From Malacoraja senta (taxonomy: Eukaryota), in contig CM075993.1 in NCBI GenBank assembly GCA_038087875.1, positions 5,830,001 through 5,894,000 on the forward strand: a stretch of DNA of 64,000 bases, read 5' to 3'. Positions 12,992 through 27,030 of the stretch are shown in pieces (the first letter of the stretch is position 1; every line of letters begins with the position of its first letter). The position numbers and the translations under genes are program-made. A model generated the notes under the pieces. That model searched no databases, was not told the origin of the DNA, and saw only the letters and a program-made list of their open reading frames with translations.

Positions 12992-14172
12992 CTAGACTAA
13001 GTGGGACCCGTTGGGTCCCTGTCACACAGGAGGCTTGGTCCCACAACGCAATATTCCACCACTCACCCATAGCCCCCAACTGCACAGGTGCAGTTCATTT
13101 CCCCTCATCCCTAGCACTCTCTCCCCCTCCTCTTCACCCTCCCTCTTCTTTCCCCTCTCCTCCTCCAATCCCTCCCTCACCTCTCTCTCCTTTCCCCTAC
13201 CCTGTCATTCCCTCCCTCCATAACTCCTCTCCCATCCCTCCTGCTATCGCTCTATCCCCCACTTCCCACCTCCCCCTATCACCCCCACTATCCCTCCTCA
13301 CAAACCCCACTGCCCTCCTCTCCCTCTATTCCCCACTCTCTACCCATCCCACTCTCCCTCCCTACTCCCCACCTCTCCCTCTATCCCCTCTCCTCCCCCA
13401 CTCTCCCTCCCCAGGATCTCGAGGTTGCCGCTCGTCTCACTTCTTGCGTGCCCCGTCGACGCCCTCAGAGCCAGAGCCAGCCATCGATGCCCTCAGAGCC
13501 AGGTCTCAGCTTGGCCCGGAAGCACCAGCAGCTTCGGCCACACCGCGCGTGGGGGGGAGGGGGGGGCAAATAGCTTGGAGAAAAGACAGGGGAAGAGTCA
13601 TGGGGGAGAGGGGGGGGTATCACGGGGGAGGGGGCAGGAGCCAACGAAGGGGACCAGAGGGGAAGAGGCTGGAGCTGCAGAGCGTTGCTATGGCGGTGCA
13701 TTTGGGACTCACAGCGGGCGCGGGATGCTCTCCTCCGCCGGGATCAGACTCTCCGCTTTCCGTTTGGCGACATCTGGGTCTCCGGGCCGGGCTGCTTCCG
13801 GTCCCTCTGAAAATTGTGTCCGGTTGGATACCTCCGCCGGCCACCCGTGGCGTCCCTCAGCTCCAGTAAAGACACAATGGCGCAGGAAGGGGTGGACCGT
13901 CCCGGGGAGTGAATGGAGAAGAGACTAATCCGCGCGGCGCTGATTGGCAGGAGAAGCGATCTATCTGCACAAGCGCGGTTTTTATGATTTTTAAACCTCG
14001 CTAACTTTTACAATATACTTCCGATCGGAACGAAACTTGTTGCACTCGCAGCACGGGAGAACGGCGAGTGAGCTGACAAAATATCGTAGAGCTATCGCGT
14101 ACCGTTTTTGCACAAATAGAAAAACCGCGCAAACCAGAAGAGCACAAGATCAGAGTTTTAGTTATGTATAGA
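12992..14172 (-). mobile_element. Non-autonomous Helitron-type element
   Basis: Minus strand begins A|TC and ends CTAG|T with hairpin GGGACCC-gtt-GGGTCCC (13003-13019) just before the end; no TSD. Related 3' ends at ~26567 and 62709. Confidence 0.75.
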
Positions 14173-17100
14173 TACCAGCTAGTTCTGGTTTGTCCTCCAA
14201 ATGGGAAAAACATTCTCACGTGGAACCATTCAAAATCATCTACAATCCTTTGGCACAGAAAGAATGTAAGAGAAAGCAACAGATAAATGCTGCATATTAA
14301 CGCCATGTTCAGCAGTCAGAACACTGAGAAATGTCTCTCCAAAATTAAGGCAAGCAAGTTAATAATCACTCAGGAGTTAATAACTCAGAATATTACAAAA
14401 ACTGAAAGCCAAGCAAATTATACACCCATGAACCGCATGTGACTAAGTAGTTATTTGCCTGACGCATTTGTAAGTAATAGCAGCTTTGGTTATTATAAGA
14501 CTCTTTAATCCAATGTTATTTGCTTACTTATAAAAATGTTTTTTTGCTGCATGCCAAAGTTTTAAACAATGACTTTGTTCCAAGAGCCACTCACACATAA
14601 TCTCATACCATTTCAAAAGGGATTAACTGGCTGGTTGTTAAGAGCCTGTTCCAATATATAACCTGGGTAACCTGGGTACCTTTAGCCAGCTTTAGTCACA
14701 GCACCCTTTTCTTTGTGTTTTAATACATTATACCTAGATTTCCTGCTAATCCCCGATTAAGGAAAATCCTCTTGAGCTCCCCACTGGATTTGTTTCCATC
14801 TCTCCCTCAAAAGTGCATACTGCTTCACAAAGTCACTTCGATCAGACTTTATATTATCTTAAAGACCTCCATCAGGTCAACCCACAGACTTCACCTTTCT
14901 CGGAGAAACAACTCTAGTCTATTCAATGTTTCCAGTTAGACAGTTATAACCTCCCAGTTAGGTTGAGTATTTAGGTTCAGGTATACACAAAATCTCTGGC
15001 ATAGTTATTTTTAAAAGAAGCATTGAAAGCCAGCATAATATTATTTGTTACAATTGCACTGCCATGCTAACCTTTATTGTTCATCCTCATTTGCCTCTGA
15101 ACTGCATCACCAGTTTAGAATCAACTGAAGCTTAGTATGAACACTGAATTCTCCAAATTCAAGTAAATCCCCCCCCACCCCCTCATTCTTTCCCACGCCA
15201 CCCACCTCCACCCTGAAACTCCCTCATAACCACCCACCCACCCAGACCGCCTGCTGCTTTTCCCTCCTTCCTGTACTCATCTCCCACCCTCATTTGCATG
15301 TTATGCCCCCCCCCCTCTGGCATTTTATGTCACTCCTTTTTCCATTTTCAAACTCCCTATTGTCACCTTTTCATCTCTAATTTGTATCACTTACTCAACT
15401 CATCTGTCAATCAAATCCCCTACCTGTATCCAGCCATCACTTAAGATAAGACACAAAATGCTGGAGTAACTCAGCGGGACAGGCATCATCTCTGGAGAGA
15501 AGGAATGGGTGACGTTTTGGGTCGAGACTCTTCTTCAGACACATCACTTCCCAGGTTCTATGCCGCCTCCACTCATTGCCAGCTTTCTTCCTCATCTCAC
15601 CCCCATTCCCATCAGTGTAAAGAAGTTCGACTCAAAATGTCGCTTGTCCTTTCCCTCTGCAGATGCTGCCTCACCTGCTGAGTTCCTCCAGCACTTGGTT
15701 TTTTGATCAAGATGCTAGCATCAGCAGTTTCTTGTATCTAGAATAAACCTCACCAGGACATCGGAATTCCCGACATAACAGAATTAACGGAGTTTTTAAA
15801 CAATAATCCAGTTATTTCATGGCTATTTAATTCCAACTTTCCTGGTGGGATTTCCGGTTCAATGGTGCATAATTCTTCTTGCTAGTCCATTATTTGACCA
15901 CTACACAACTGCAGATCATCACAATCTACTTTAAAACTACAGCCACCCAGGTATCCCAGGGCTTCCCAGGCAGTAAGTAAAAGCAGGCAAGTCGGTCAGA
16001 ACCCAAGAAGCTAGCGTTTTTTAAATCTCGTGTACCAGGAGAACAAATATTTCTTCTGATCCAAAGGAATTTGGTAAATTCATTCAAGCAACCCTTCAAT
16101 CAGTTAGACACCTGTCCAACATCAGAACCGCTTACCAATATCCGTCATCTCGAGCTGATTACATCTTCTGATGCCATAAACATCTCATGTCTGTTTGTTT
16201 GGAGACTCATTGACAGAGTTTGATTGCTATGGCCCTATCATTGCATCATGCAACTAGTGGCCCGATAGATGACAAACCAGGTGGACCCTGATCTTCTATG
16301 CTCTGACAATCTTACAGTGCATCAAAATTTTAGCATGGGTTAAATTAACATATTGAACAAAGCTGCCATCTTCTAAGCTGTACAATCACTTTCCCACTTT
16401 CAGAGTGGCCAAAAGTTCTGCTGCATTAGACTTTAGAGATACAGCGACCAGTGATCGCCCCATACACTAACGCTATCGTACACACCAGGAACAATTTTAC
16501 AACTTACTGAGGCCATACTGACAGCACCCATAGTCAGGGTCGAACCTGGGTCTCCAACTCAGTAAGGTTCCCAGGGAAGTGGAAATGCCATAACAATTAC
16601 TATTTTTAAATAAATCTTGTCAAGATGCATTATCTAAACTGAAATTAACTATTAAAAAATCCTCTTAATAATGAAAGGAATTTTTCCTATGAAAAATTGA
16701 AATGATCCTGATTAGGACTACACAATGGTGCAGCTATTAGAACCACTACCACTCAGAACCAGAAACCAAGTTCAATCCTACCCTTGTGTGCTGCTTGTGT
16801 GGAGTTTGCTTCTTCTCTCTGTGACTGAGAGAGAGTCGCCTCCCATATCCCAAAGATGTTAGGGCTGGTAAATTAATTGACCATTATAAATTGCCCTTCA
16901 TGGGTAAGCAAGTAATACAATCTGTGCAGAGTTGATAAGAATGCAAAGAGAATAAAAAATAGGATTAATGCAGGATAGGAGTAAATTGGTGGTTGATGGT
17001 CAGCATGGACTCAGGGCCAGCATGGACTCGGGGTCAGCATGGACTCAGGGAGCCAACATGCCTGCTTCTGATACGCATCTCTCCACAACTATGTGAAAAA

Positions 17101-18259
17101 AATAAAAAATATAGAGGAGTGGGGAAAATGAGTGAAGAAGAAAGTGTAACACAAATTGCTGGAGTAACGCAGCGGGACAGGCAGCATCTCTGGTAGAAGG
17201 AATAGGTGTTGTTTCGGGTTGAGACATTTCTTCAGAATGCATTTTCCAAAGTTTCATTCACCAGCAAAGGGAAAAAATGGTTAAATGCAACTTATGAAAT
17301 CATAGCAGCTTATCACAATATTGGCTCTGAAGAAACTAACAACAGGTTTGTCCCGAATTACTGACAGCATGGGTGTTAGCTTCAAAAGTCACTGCCTCAA
17401 TACACAAAATACTCCATGGACTGGAAAATAGGTCATCACCAGTCATTAGAAATAGAGGTTCAAGGTCAGTTTATTGTCACATGTACCAATTAAGGTACAG
17501 TGAAACTTGATTTATGCAAAACAAACACAAAGAGCTATAGAATTTAAAAGACATTGACTACAATAGATTTAGATTGGATGATAAATTGAACACTGGGTTA
17601 TACCAAAAACTATTTTCCTTACAGCAACAATAGGAATCAAATTAGTAGCTCACATTGCACAAACCACATATAGAAATGCAACATAAAGACCAGGTGTTGA
17701 GGAATGAACAACATCCTGAAGCCGCGGTCTCCGGTAGCGAAGCGTCGATTCGGGACTTACCTTCCAGACGAGAGGGCCTGTACATCTGGCCGCCCGCAGC
17801 GGCAACTGCGGAGGTTTATGGCCTCGACCACGGGGGAACAATGGAGGAGGACTGACTGTACTTTGTGCCTTCCACCAGTGAAGAATGCTGTGGTGGATGT
17901 TTGTGTTAAATTTTTATTGTGTATTGTGTGTTCTTTTTTGATTGTACCGCTGCTGGCAAATTTCATTTCACTGCACATTATTGTGTATGTGATGAATAAA
18001 TCTGATTGATTGATTGATTGATCTTTGCATCCTTACTCAGGTCTTAGTGACTTGCAAGGAGGGAATAGAAGAGGCTGTGGTACCTTGCCATTCACCAATG
18101 CCAGAGAGTAATAGAGCCGTAAAGTGTGGATATCAGTGCATGGCCAGCATCAGGGTCAGGTCTCCATCCCTCCCTGTGGAACCAACATACTGACACATGC
18201 ACAGAATAGAAAGCAAGTGAGTTAGTTGGGTGGGGGAGCATAAAATCAGTCTAGGATAA

Positions 18260-18832
18260 TTATAGAAGCTGGGATGTTATGTTACAGTTGTATAAGAATC
18301 AGTGAGGCCACATTTGGAGAACTGTGTTCTATTTTGGTCATCCTGTTATAGGAAGAATGTCACTAAACAGGAAAGAGTACAGAGAAGATTTACAAGGTTG
18401 TTTCCAGGACTCGAGGGCTTGAGCTATAGGGAAACATTGGGCAGGCTAGGACTTTATTCCTTAGAACGCTATAAGCTAAGGGGGGTTCATCATATACAGG
18501 TGTTCAAAATCATGAGGGGATTAGATAGGGTGAATGCACAAAAAGTATTTTACCCAGGGTAAGGAAATCAAAAACCAGAGGACACAGGTTTAAGGTGAGT
18601 GGGGCAAGATTTAAAAGGAACCAGAGGGGCAACATTTTCACTCAGATGGAACAAGCGGCCAGATGAAGTAGTTGAGTCAGGCATTTAAATGACACTTGGG
18701 ACAGGTACACGGATAGATTTAGCAGGAAATAGGCCAAATACAGGAAAATGGGACTAGCTTTTAGATGGGGCATCTTGGTCAGCATGGAAGAGGTGGATCG
18801 AAGGACTGTTTCTGTGCTCTATTACTCTCTGG
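18260..18832 (+). mobile_element. Older CR1 fragment; other old copies at ~12300-12465, 20150-20500, 24300-25320, 37110-37480, 53590-53800
   Basis: RPHLE.CV.FWS...ERVQRRFTR remnants. Confidence 0.8.
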
Positions 18833-19590
18833 CTATGCAATTAGTCCTCATCACTAATGTGCCCACAATCCCCACTGTACAAATATGGGACAAGGATAAA
18901 TTATGCTCAGCTTCCACAGGCAAACAACCATTTGGGGAGTTGAGTGGTTAAGCCATTATGGAGAAATGAACCACGTCACTGACGTAACAGGATCGTGTTT
19001 GATAGGGAAATCGGCAGTTAAATATCCTGTCATGGTTCATCATCTAAAATTGTAAATAACGAATAAATCATGAAACAAACCAACGTTGACCTATATAGTT
19101 GTACCCAAGCCAGGAATAAATATAACTGTACCCTCATAGGGGAGGGAGGGGGGAGGGGAGGCAAGAAAATGCAACTGAAATGGCACAAAGATAGTGATAA
19201 CAAAGGCACTTAACTATTTTGTAAAAAATAGCACAGAAGCTACTCTCCCAAATAGTGCAACTAATGTTTCTAACAGCATTTACTGGAAATACCTTGTTAA
19301 CATTGTTTGAACATCAAAGGTTAAAAACTGTAAATAAAATAAGATTTTCTTACATAAACCATAACAATGTTAAACTGTCTCACCTTTGTATCAGGTACAA
19401 CCCATTAAATAAAAGCACATTAGCCTTGCAAAGCCTAGCTAAACAGTATTTTACATTCCACTGAAGTCTGTGATAAGTTGAAAAACGGAGCCTTTTACTG
19501 TGCAGCTGGGGCTAAGCAATACATTTGTTATATTATCATTAGCAGAAAAGATTCAAAGTGAGCAAAGTTAATAGCAATAGAGTTCCTCAC

Positions 19591-19734
19591 CGAGTCAGAA
19601 TCATTTTCATCATCGTAAACGTCACGGTCGTCTGCCTTCATGTTTGATTCCAGGTCGTCAATTTCATCCTCCTCGCATCCAACAAAGAATTTAGGAGCCA
19701 AGTGATCCCCCTGAAAAGAGGTGGGGGTTGTCAT
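19591..19734 (-). CDS. PPIP5K1: PPIP5K1 first coding exon (MTTPTSFQGDHLAPKFFVGCEEDEIDDLESNMKADDRDVYDDENDSDS); exon probably extends as 5'UTR to 20040
   Basis: APKFFVG plus an acidic tract is typical of the PPIP5K N-terminus. Phase-0 gtgagg donor joins in frame to PPERQ. Strong polypyrimidine/cag acceptor at 20041-20080. Start codon uncertain. Confidence 0.85.
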
Positions 19735-20749
19735 GACAACCTGGTTGACCTTTCATCACGGATATTAGTCATAGTTTAAAAAAAGAGGGAGAGTGAAAGC
19801 GAGACAGCAAGAGAGAGAGATAACTAAACTTCCCATAGTACTAATACCAGCTTTGGTATCATCGCTATTCCAGTGATTTGCTGAGTTTACGATCTGCCCT
19901 TGGAGCACAGTCCAGGTCTTGAACACACGTGGTATTTCAGTGCAACCACGGGCTTGCATAGGTGGAGCCTAAGTGGTAATTTCCTTCTGCAAAATTTCTT
20001 CCTGCAAGCTCTGTGAAACTCCTCTTCATCTCAAGATTAACTGTGCCAGAAAGAAAACAGAAGTGGAAACAAAGAATAAGTTATTTTAACAGCAGTCACT
20101 TAAATCTTTTACTTGTTTACAGACTTTAACATAACATACTACCTTGCATCAATTCATACAAAATAGAACAGTATGGCACTGCAATGTCTATGCAGACAGG
20201 ATGCCAAGAATATACTTTATCTTTCTGCATATAATCCATATCCCTCCATTCCCTGCAAATCCATATGCCTATCCAAAAGTCTCATACCACTCAATGCCTC
20301 AACCACACTCACCACCTCTCAAAAAAAGATACCCCACACATCTCTTTTAAACTCAGCCCCGCTCGCTTTAAACCTATGCCCTTTAGTATTTGTCTTTTCC
20401 ATCCTTGAAAAAAAGTTCCGACCATCTATGTCTCTCACAATTTTATATAATTCTATCTGGACTCCCCACCTCCAGCGTTCCAGAGAAAACAATCCAAGTT
20501 TGTCTGAAATCAGGACATCAGCATGACCCAGCACCTGCCAATTCATCTGGACGAGAGATCAAACTGGACCTTGTATTCAGTGGTTCAATGCAGTTCTTTG
20601 GAACCCACCCACTGAAAAGACGCAGCTATTGTTACCAACCATCAGACGGTACAAAACAACGCAAAGTGGTACACTATACTTGGATCAAGCCTCCATCACC
20701 AGCCATAAACATCATCACCCATACATAGAACTCATACCATCAAACGTCA

Positions 20750-21050
20750 GCATGATGGGGCAGTGGTAGAGTTCCTGCATTACAGAGCCAGAGACCAGTG
20801 TTCAATCCTGACCACGGGTGCTGTCTGTACAGATATTGTACTTCTCCCCGTGACCGCGTGGGTTTTTTCCGGGTGCTCCGGTTTCCTCCCACACTCCAAT
20901 GTCGTACCGGTTTGTAAGTTAATTGGCTTGGTCATATTGTTAATTGTCCCGAGTGTGTGTAGAATAGTGTTAATGTTCAGGGATCGCAGGTTGGCATGGA
21001 CTCAGTGGGCCTAAGACCCTGTTTCCACGCTGTATCTCTAAACTAAAAAG
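20750..21050 (+). mobile_element. tRNA-derived V-SINE-like family (representative); other copies ~1316-1622, 8018-8270, 16435-16570, 16720-17090, 23980-24263, 32910-33120, 34455-34735, 34995-35230, 43745-44043, 55632-55858, 56850-57020, 57150-57415
   Basis: A/B-box head, conserved gtgggtttcctccgggtgctccggtttcctcccaca core, CR1-like 3' end with ctaaa tail. Confidence 0.8.
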
Positions 21051-21521
21051 TACAGAACTCAGCACATGGGTGATCATTGGTTGTAATGGCAAATGTCCAA
21101 CTTTTCCAGTGTCCTACTTTCCACTTGCCATTAATACACAGGTACAGTAGAAGTGATCTTACGCAGACCTAATAGAACACATCTTCCTGTCGTTATTTCC
21201 AGTTTAGTTGGTTGTCTATAGAAGTAGTTGTACAAACAAAGAGATGAACGTACCAGGTTTTCCTTATTCTGCATGCAAGTTGTAGCTGGCTGCTCTGTCC
21301 CTGGTCTGGTGAGAACTGGATGCTCTCCCTCCCTGTGCCTGTCACTTCCTGTCCCCTATGCCTTTATATATATATACACCACCCAGTGCATCTAATGACT
21401 GCCCCCAGGTGTCCAGAATAATACTGCAAGATATATCTAGACAAAATAATATATGCCAACATAAACGTTTATCGGTTGTACCGGCATTGTTTTTCACAGG
21501 ATTTATGAAGTTCATTAATAT

Positions 21522-23270
21522 TTCTGGCTCTGGTTCTGGTAGATTACTGCGCAAACACCTCATCAGTGGTTATCTCGCGCAGGTCGGAGTGAGTAGAGTC
21601 ATGATTAAATTTTGAAGTTGGCCTTTTTGAGCAAGTTGAGGAGATCTAGTTGCTCAATCCCCTTTTTAATGACTTAACATCAGGAGCAGCGTGTGTTGGG
21701 TAGTAACCTATCCCACTCCCTTATCGTCCTTGGGTAAAGGGACTATTGGTAGCAAAGTTTATTGAAATTTAGCGAGTTGAAGTAGGGACCGTTATTTTGT
21801 CTTGTTTCATGGCAGTTGGTGCTCTGGGATGACGGGGGATTTGATGGCGTGATTTCGTGAATCTCCTTGTAAATTGCAATAAGTCTTAGCCTGATTCGGC
21901 GGAGCTCTAGGGTATCCCATCCGAGAGAAATCAGCATATTATTCACGCTTGATTTGCGCTTGTAGTCATTACATACAAAGCAGGCTGCTCGGCGTTGTAC
22001 TTTCTCCAGGGTGATCTTGTTGTTGTTCTTGTTGAAAGGATCCCATACGGCTCCACAATACTCCAATTTGGGCCTGACCAAGGACTTGTAGGCATTCTCT
22101 TTGACGGATGTACTACATGCGTGAAAATTTCTTTTGAGTAGGCCGAGAGTTCTATTTGCTTTGTTGGACACTTGACTAATATGCATCGCCCAACTTAAAT
22201 CTTTGTTTAATTCGACTCCCAGATATGGGTGATGGTCGACAGCAAGCAATGTATGACTACCCATGTTGTATTCTGATAAAAGTGGTTTAATCTTGTGTGA
22301 GACATGCATGGTATGACATTTGGTTGTATTGAATGACATCTGCCAGGTTTTTCCACACTCACAGAGAGCATCCAGATCCTTCTGTAAGGACGAGCTGCCT
22401 TCTGGTGTTTGAATCGCTCTATAAATTATGGCATCATCTGCGAAGAGTCGAACTCTGGACGAAACTGCATTCGAAATGTCATTGATATACAGTAGGAAGA
22501 GCAATGGACCCATGACAGTCCTCTGTGGTACACCTGATGTCACAGAAGTTTCAATAGAGGTCTCTCCCCCCAAGAGAACTCGCTGGTGTCTCCTTATCAA
22601 AAAGATCTCAATCCATTTTAAGAGGTTGCCGTCTATTCCTACATGGTTGAGCTTGTACAGGAGCCGCTTATGGGGAACCTTATCAAAAGCCTTAAGGGCC
22701 TGTCCCACCAGCATGCGATTGCATGCGTCTAGCGCGACCAAACGTGGTCGCTTGAGGCGTACGGCCGCGCGGGGCCGGTCCCACTTCGAACCGCGGAGGC
22801 GTATGGAGTTGTGCGGGGCTGGTCCCGACATCGCGCGGTCCGAAAATCCTGCACTGTCCGAAAATTCTGCGTGCCAACGGCCTGTCGGCCCGCAGGCGCA
22901 TTGAGGGCGTACGCAGCTTCTTGACGGCGTACGCCTAGCGCGTGGCGTTGCGCGATGACGTCACCACTCGCCGTGCCGTTGCGTGATGACGTCACCGCCC
23001 GACGTCCAAATTCAGTCGGCCCGCCTCCTGCCCAGCTGATTGGCGAGTACGATGTCGGGACCAGCCCCGCACAACTCCATACGCCTCCGCGGTTTGAAGT
23101 GGGACCGGCCCCGCGCGGCCGTACACCTCAAGCGACCACGTTTGGTCGCGTTAGACGCATGCAATCGCATGCTGGTGGGACAGGCCCTTTACTAAAGTCT
23201 AATATAATCAGGTCAGTCTGACCCTTGTTATCGAGTTATTTGAGATTTGGTTGCTCTTTGAACAATGAAA
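21522..23270 (-). mobile_element. 5'-truncated LINE (RTE-X-like, or CR1-group) with open RT region, interrupted by a MITE
   Basis: GVPQ.TV.GP, LFADD and YLGV motifs in ORF 21743..22831; DLIILDFS|KAFDKVPH is restored on removing the MITE; 3' tail of ccagaa-like repeats. Confidence 0.85.
22695..23188. mobile_element. PIF/Harbinger-type MITE, long internal palindrome
   Basis: TIR AGGGCCTGTCCCAC..., ~140 bp inverted arms, TTA TSD on both sides. Confidence 0.9.
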
Positions 23271-26200
23271 TCTTAATGCCTTTCTCTCTCCTTATTTGCT
23301 TCTATGGTGTTGACTTTAAATTAGAAATTCACCCCCTTCACTAGCTGTCCATTTCCTCCATGACAGAGAAATATCAATTGGTGATAAATTAAAGGTCCTC
23401 TTATTTTGTGGATTTACTCCCATTGGGAACTCAACCAAACTATCTCAGTCATACCCAAGCTGCTGGCAGACAGAGCAACTTTTCATCACATTAGTGCGAG
23501 CTGCAATTGAAACCACACTCCAGAGGATCAGCAAGACAGCATGTGTCAACTGATGATCCACACCAAACCGATCCCTCTCCAACATTATTCATTTTAACAA
23601 AGTGCTGGAATAACTCAGCAGGTCAGGCAGCATCTCCAGAGGACATGAATAAGCAAAATTTCTGCTCGGGAACCTCCAGGGATGTTGCCTGACCCGCTGA
23701 ATGACCAGCACTTTGTGTGGGGTTTTTTTGTACACCAGCATCTACAGCCCCTTGTGTCTATCCATTTTAACAATATATTGGTGAGATTGAAATGACTGTC
23801 AGATGGTCATTTCTAAAGTGCCTTAGATATCTTTCAGTTTGCACAAAAACACTTTAGAGTCAAAGTGTAGCTACTATTACAAAATAGGAACGCAACAAGC
23901 AATGTATGTGGATGCTTGATAGGCAATTGGTATAGCGATATTGATCAGACACTGATTAATTATTCTCTGGTATATCTTTAGACTAGAAATACTGTACGGA
24001 AACAGGCCATGCTGACCAGTGCTTACACCACACACTAGCACTATCCTATACATTGGGGACAATTCAAAATTTTACCAACGCCAAGTAACCGACAAACCTC
24101 TACATCTTTCGTCTGTGGGAGGAGATCAGAGTACCCGGAGAAAACCCATGCAGTCACAGAGAGAACGTACAAACTCCGTACAGACAGCACCTGTAGTCCG
24201 GATCTAACCCGGGTCTCTGGCGCTGTAAGGCAGCAACTGTACCGCTGTATCACTATGCCACCCGAAGGGGTACCATGTACAAAGGATGACAGAATAATAG
24301 TAATGCTGGTTGAGTGATGAGGGCTGCACGGAAGACATCATCTACAAGGACTTCAACAAGATACTGCATGGCAGGCAGGTCTGGAAGGTTAGATCACAGG
24401 AGATCGAGGGCGAGCTATCTAACTGGATACAAAATTGGCTTGAAGGCATGAGATCGAGGGTATTGATAGAAAGTTGTTTTTGCAAGGGAGACCTGTCACA
24501 CGTCTACTGCCCATTATCCATTATTTATATTAATACTTAAGATAAGAATGCAGGTAGCATGTTTAGTAAGCTTGCAGAGGATACTAAAAATGGTGGTATC
24601 ATGGATAGCAAAGAAGGTTGTCTAAGATTACAACAGAAAATATTGATCAACTGGGCCAATGGGCTATTGAATGGCAGATGGAGTTTAATTGAGATAAAGG
24701 TAGGGTGTTGCATTTTGGTAATGTTTGCTGTGCAAGTCCTGGTACAGGTGCACAGTTCTTGAAAGTGGCAATAGGTGGACAGAGTGGTGAAAAAGGTATT
24801 TAAACACACTTGCCTCCAGCTGTCAGAGCACCGAGTATAGGAGTTGGGACATCTTATGACAGCTGTACAAGAAATTGCTAAGACCACATTTGAACTACTG
24901 GGTACAGATATAGGATGTTGTTAAATTAGAAAAGGGTTGAGCTATAAGGAGAACCTGGAAATGCTAGGGCTTTTTATCCTGGAGCATGGAAGGATGATCT
25001 TACAAGCATATAAACATACAAAATGATTAGAGGCATGGATAAGGCAAATAGTCACAGTCCTTTCCCCCTAGAGCAAGGAAAATTATGACAGATTTAAGAT
25101 GAGAAGAAAAATATTTCAAAGGGTTAGCTTTTTCACACAGAGGCTACATAGAATGAATTGTCAGAGGAAGAGGCAGAAACAATTACATTTAAAAGACCCT
25201 TTTATAGAAAATGTTGAGGGGAATTTGGGCCAGGAGCAAACAAACTATCTTAGTTAGGCAACTTGGTCAGCATGGAGGTTGGACAATTGGGCATATTTCC
25301 ATGCTGTATTGCTCTATGACTAACTCAGCCATTCACGTGGCATCTGCAGCAAGAGGAACCAGTTAAAGTGTCAAGTTAGGAAACCTTCCTCAGAATGGAA
25401 GATTGGAGCATTTACCAGGATTAAGGATGACTCTCAAAATACTTCCAGAGGATCTTTAATATACATTTGAGATCCCAAACTAAGCCTCACCTTAGATCCT
25501 TCAATGCGACAATGGAGTGTCAGTAGCGATTTTGCGCGAGCCACACTCAACATTATTTTGCACTTTTATAGCACCCACCATAAACCAAAGTTCAGGATTT
25601 TCTGTGAAACACAAACCCACTTAAAATTCTGAAACTTTTCCTCCAAAACACATTTAAGATTTCACAGGAATATGGTGTTCTGACACAACTTTGCAGACAC
25701 CAGAAACTTAAAATGCACTACTGAAAACGTGCTTTGCAGTTGAACCACAATGCTCACTGGTAAAACATTTGTGGCTGTAACATCACTGCATCAGCAGTCA
25801 CAAATCATGCTAATTACAAACCCAAGCAATAAACCAGCAGATTCCCAGAGTTAGCAACATTGCTTCTGCCCATTCTGACGATTCAGCACTGAGACTAGAA
25901 GTGCGTGACTAACTGCACCCTCAATGTATTTACCATGGCTCCGAATAAGGCATGGATAATATTGCACCTATAATTTAAAGGCTCCAGCTTGTCCCATTAC
26001 TACTTAGTCTATGGAAAAAAATCTTGCCTCCTTCTTCCCAGCCCAAGACGCAGTCAATTGAACATCATGTGACAACTGGTGGCCCAGCATACCATCACAG
26101 CCAATTCCTGTAATACCCTACATACCTCCAGTACACTAGGGTGCGAGGAGGGAGCATGGGGGAAATGGGAGAAAATAAAGTACTGCCACGTAATTGATCT

Positions 26201-27030
26201 GCAGCAGAAATTCCAAACCCCTTGAAGAAATATGCCAATCATGTTTTTTAAGATCAAGTTAACTCACATTCAAAGAATATACATTCTTGTCATCCAAGTT
26301 TCCAGGAGTAACAGTTAAAGAGTATCGATAATCCCATTGCTGGGTAGACCCACAATGGCTATAATCCTGATTAGGCATTTCAGCCGCCTTCCCCTGTCAG
26401 TCATTGTCTTGGATCACAGCTTATTCCCGTTCCCATTTCTTCCCCGAGCTGGGAGGGAAGAATTGGGAATGGGAATAAGCTGTATTCTTCCCTCAATACT
26501 TCCAATTTTTTTTACATTTTTTAAAAATGTGGAAGTATTGCAGGCAAATTAACTAATTATTAATTAGTAGACCAAGTGGGACCCGTTGGGCCCCGCTTCC
26601 CCAACGCAATAATCCACCACTCACCCGTTCCCCCAAACGCAACCAGTTTTCACCACTCACCCGTCTACAGTTCAGTATCCCATTCTCAACATGAAGTGAA
26701 CACATTCAGATATCTAGTGTTGCATTTTAACTCCAAAGCAGTGCTGTGCACTGTGACCCCTGCTCTTACTGACACACTGTGGATCTGCCCACATCCAAAT
26801 TAATGAATGCTCATTAAAGGACACAATGTGCTGGAGGAACTCAGCGGGTCAAGCAACATTTCTGGAGAACATGGATGACGCTTCCGGTCGGAATCATTCT
26901 TCAGACCACAGAACTCACATCCCTTGCTTCGAAATATCTCTATCACTTCTCTGTCTCTAATCTCCCACATTGAGACATCCCTTTCTAGATACCTGACCTC
27001 CAGCATTTGTCCTACTGCACATCCCTCATA

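Noticed and set aside
13425..13928. GC-rich overlapping ORFs
   Set aside because: Lie inside the Helitron-type element; no recognisable domain; explained by base composition.
16136..16302. Possible extra PPIP5K1 exon with gtaag donor
   Set aside because: Stops in all three frames, including the one needed for a phase-0 junction; no homology recognised.
2..19734. Assignment as PPIP5K2, or of the neighbour as CKMT2
   Set aside because: Some motifs (APKFFVG, PPERQ, HNYDK) resemble paralog 2, but head-to-head adjacency and CK exon 4 residues (ERV.VDAL, EQQQLID) favour PPIP5K1/CKMT1; not confirmed by phylogeny.
21743..22831. 362 aa ORF as a novel fusion protein
   Set aside because: The N-terminal ~45 aa come from the MITE reading by chance into the LINE RT.
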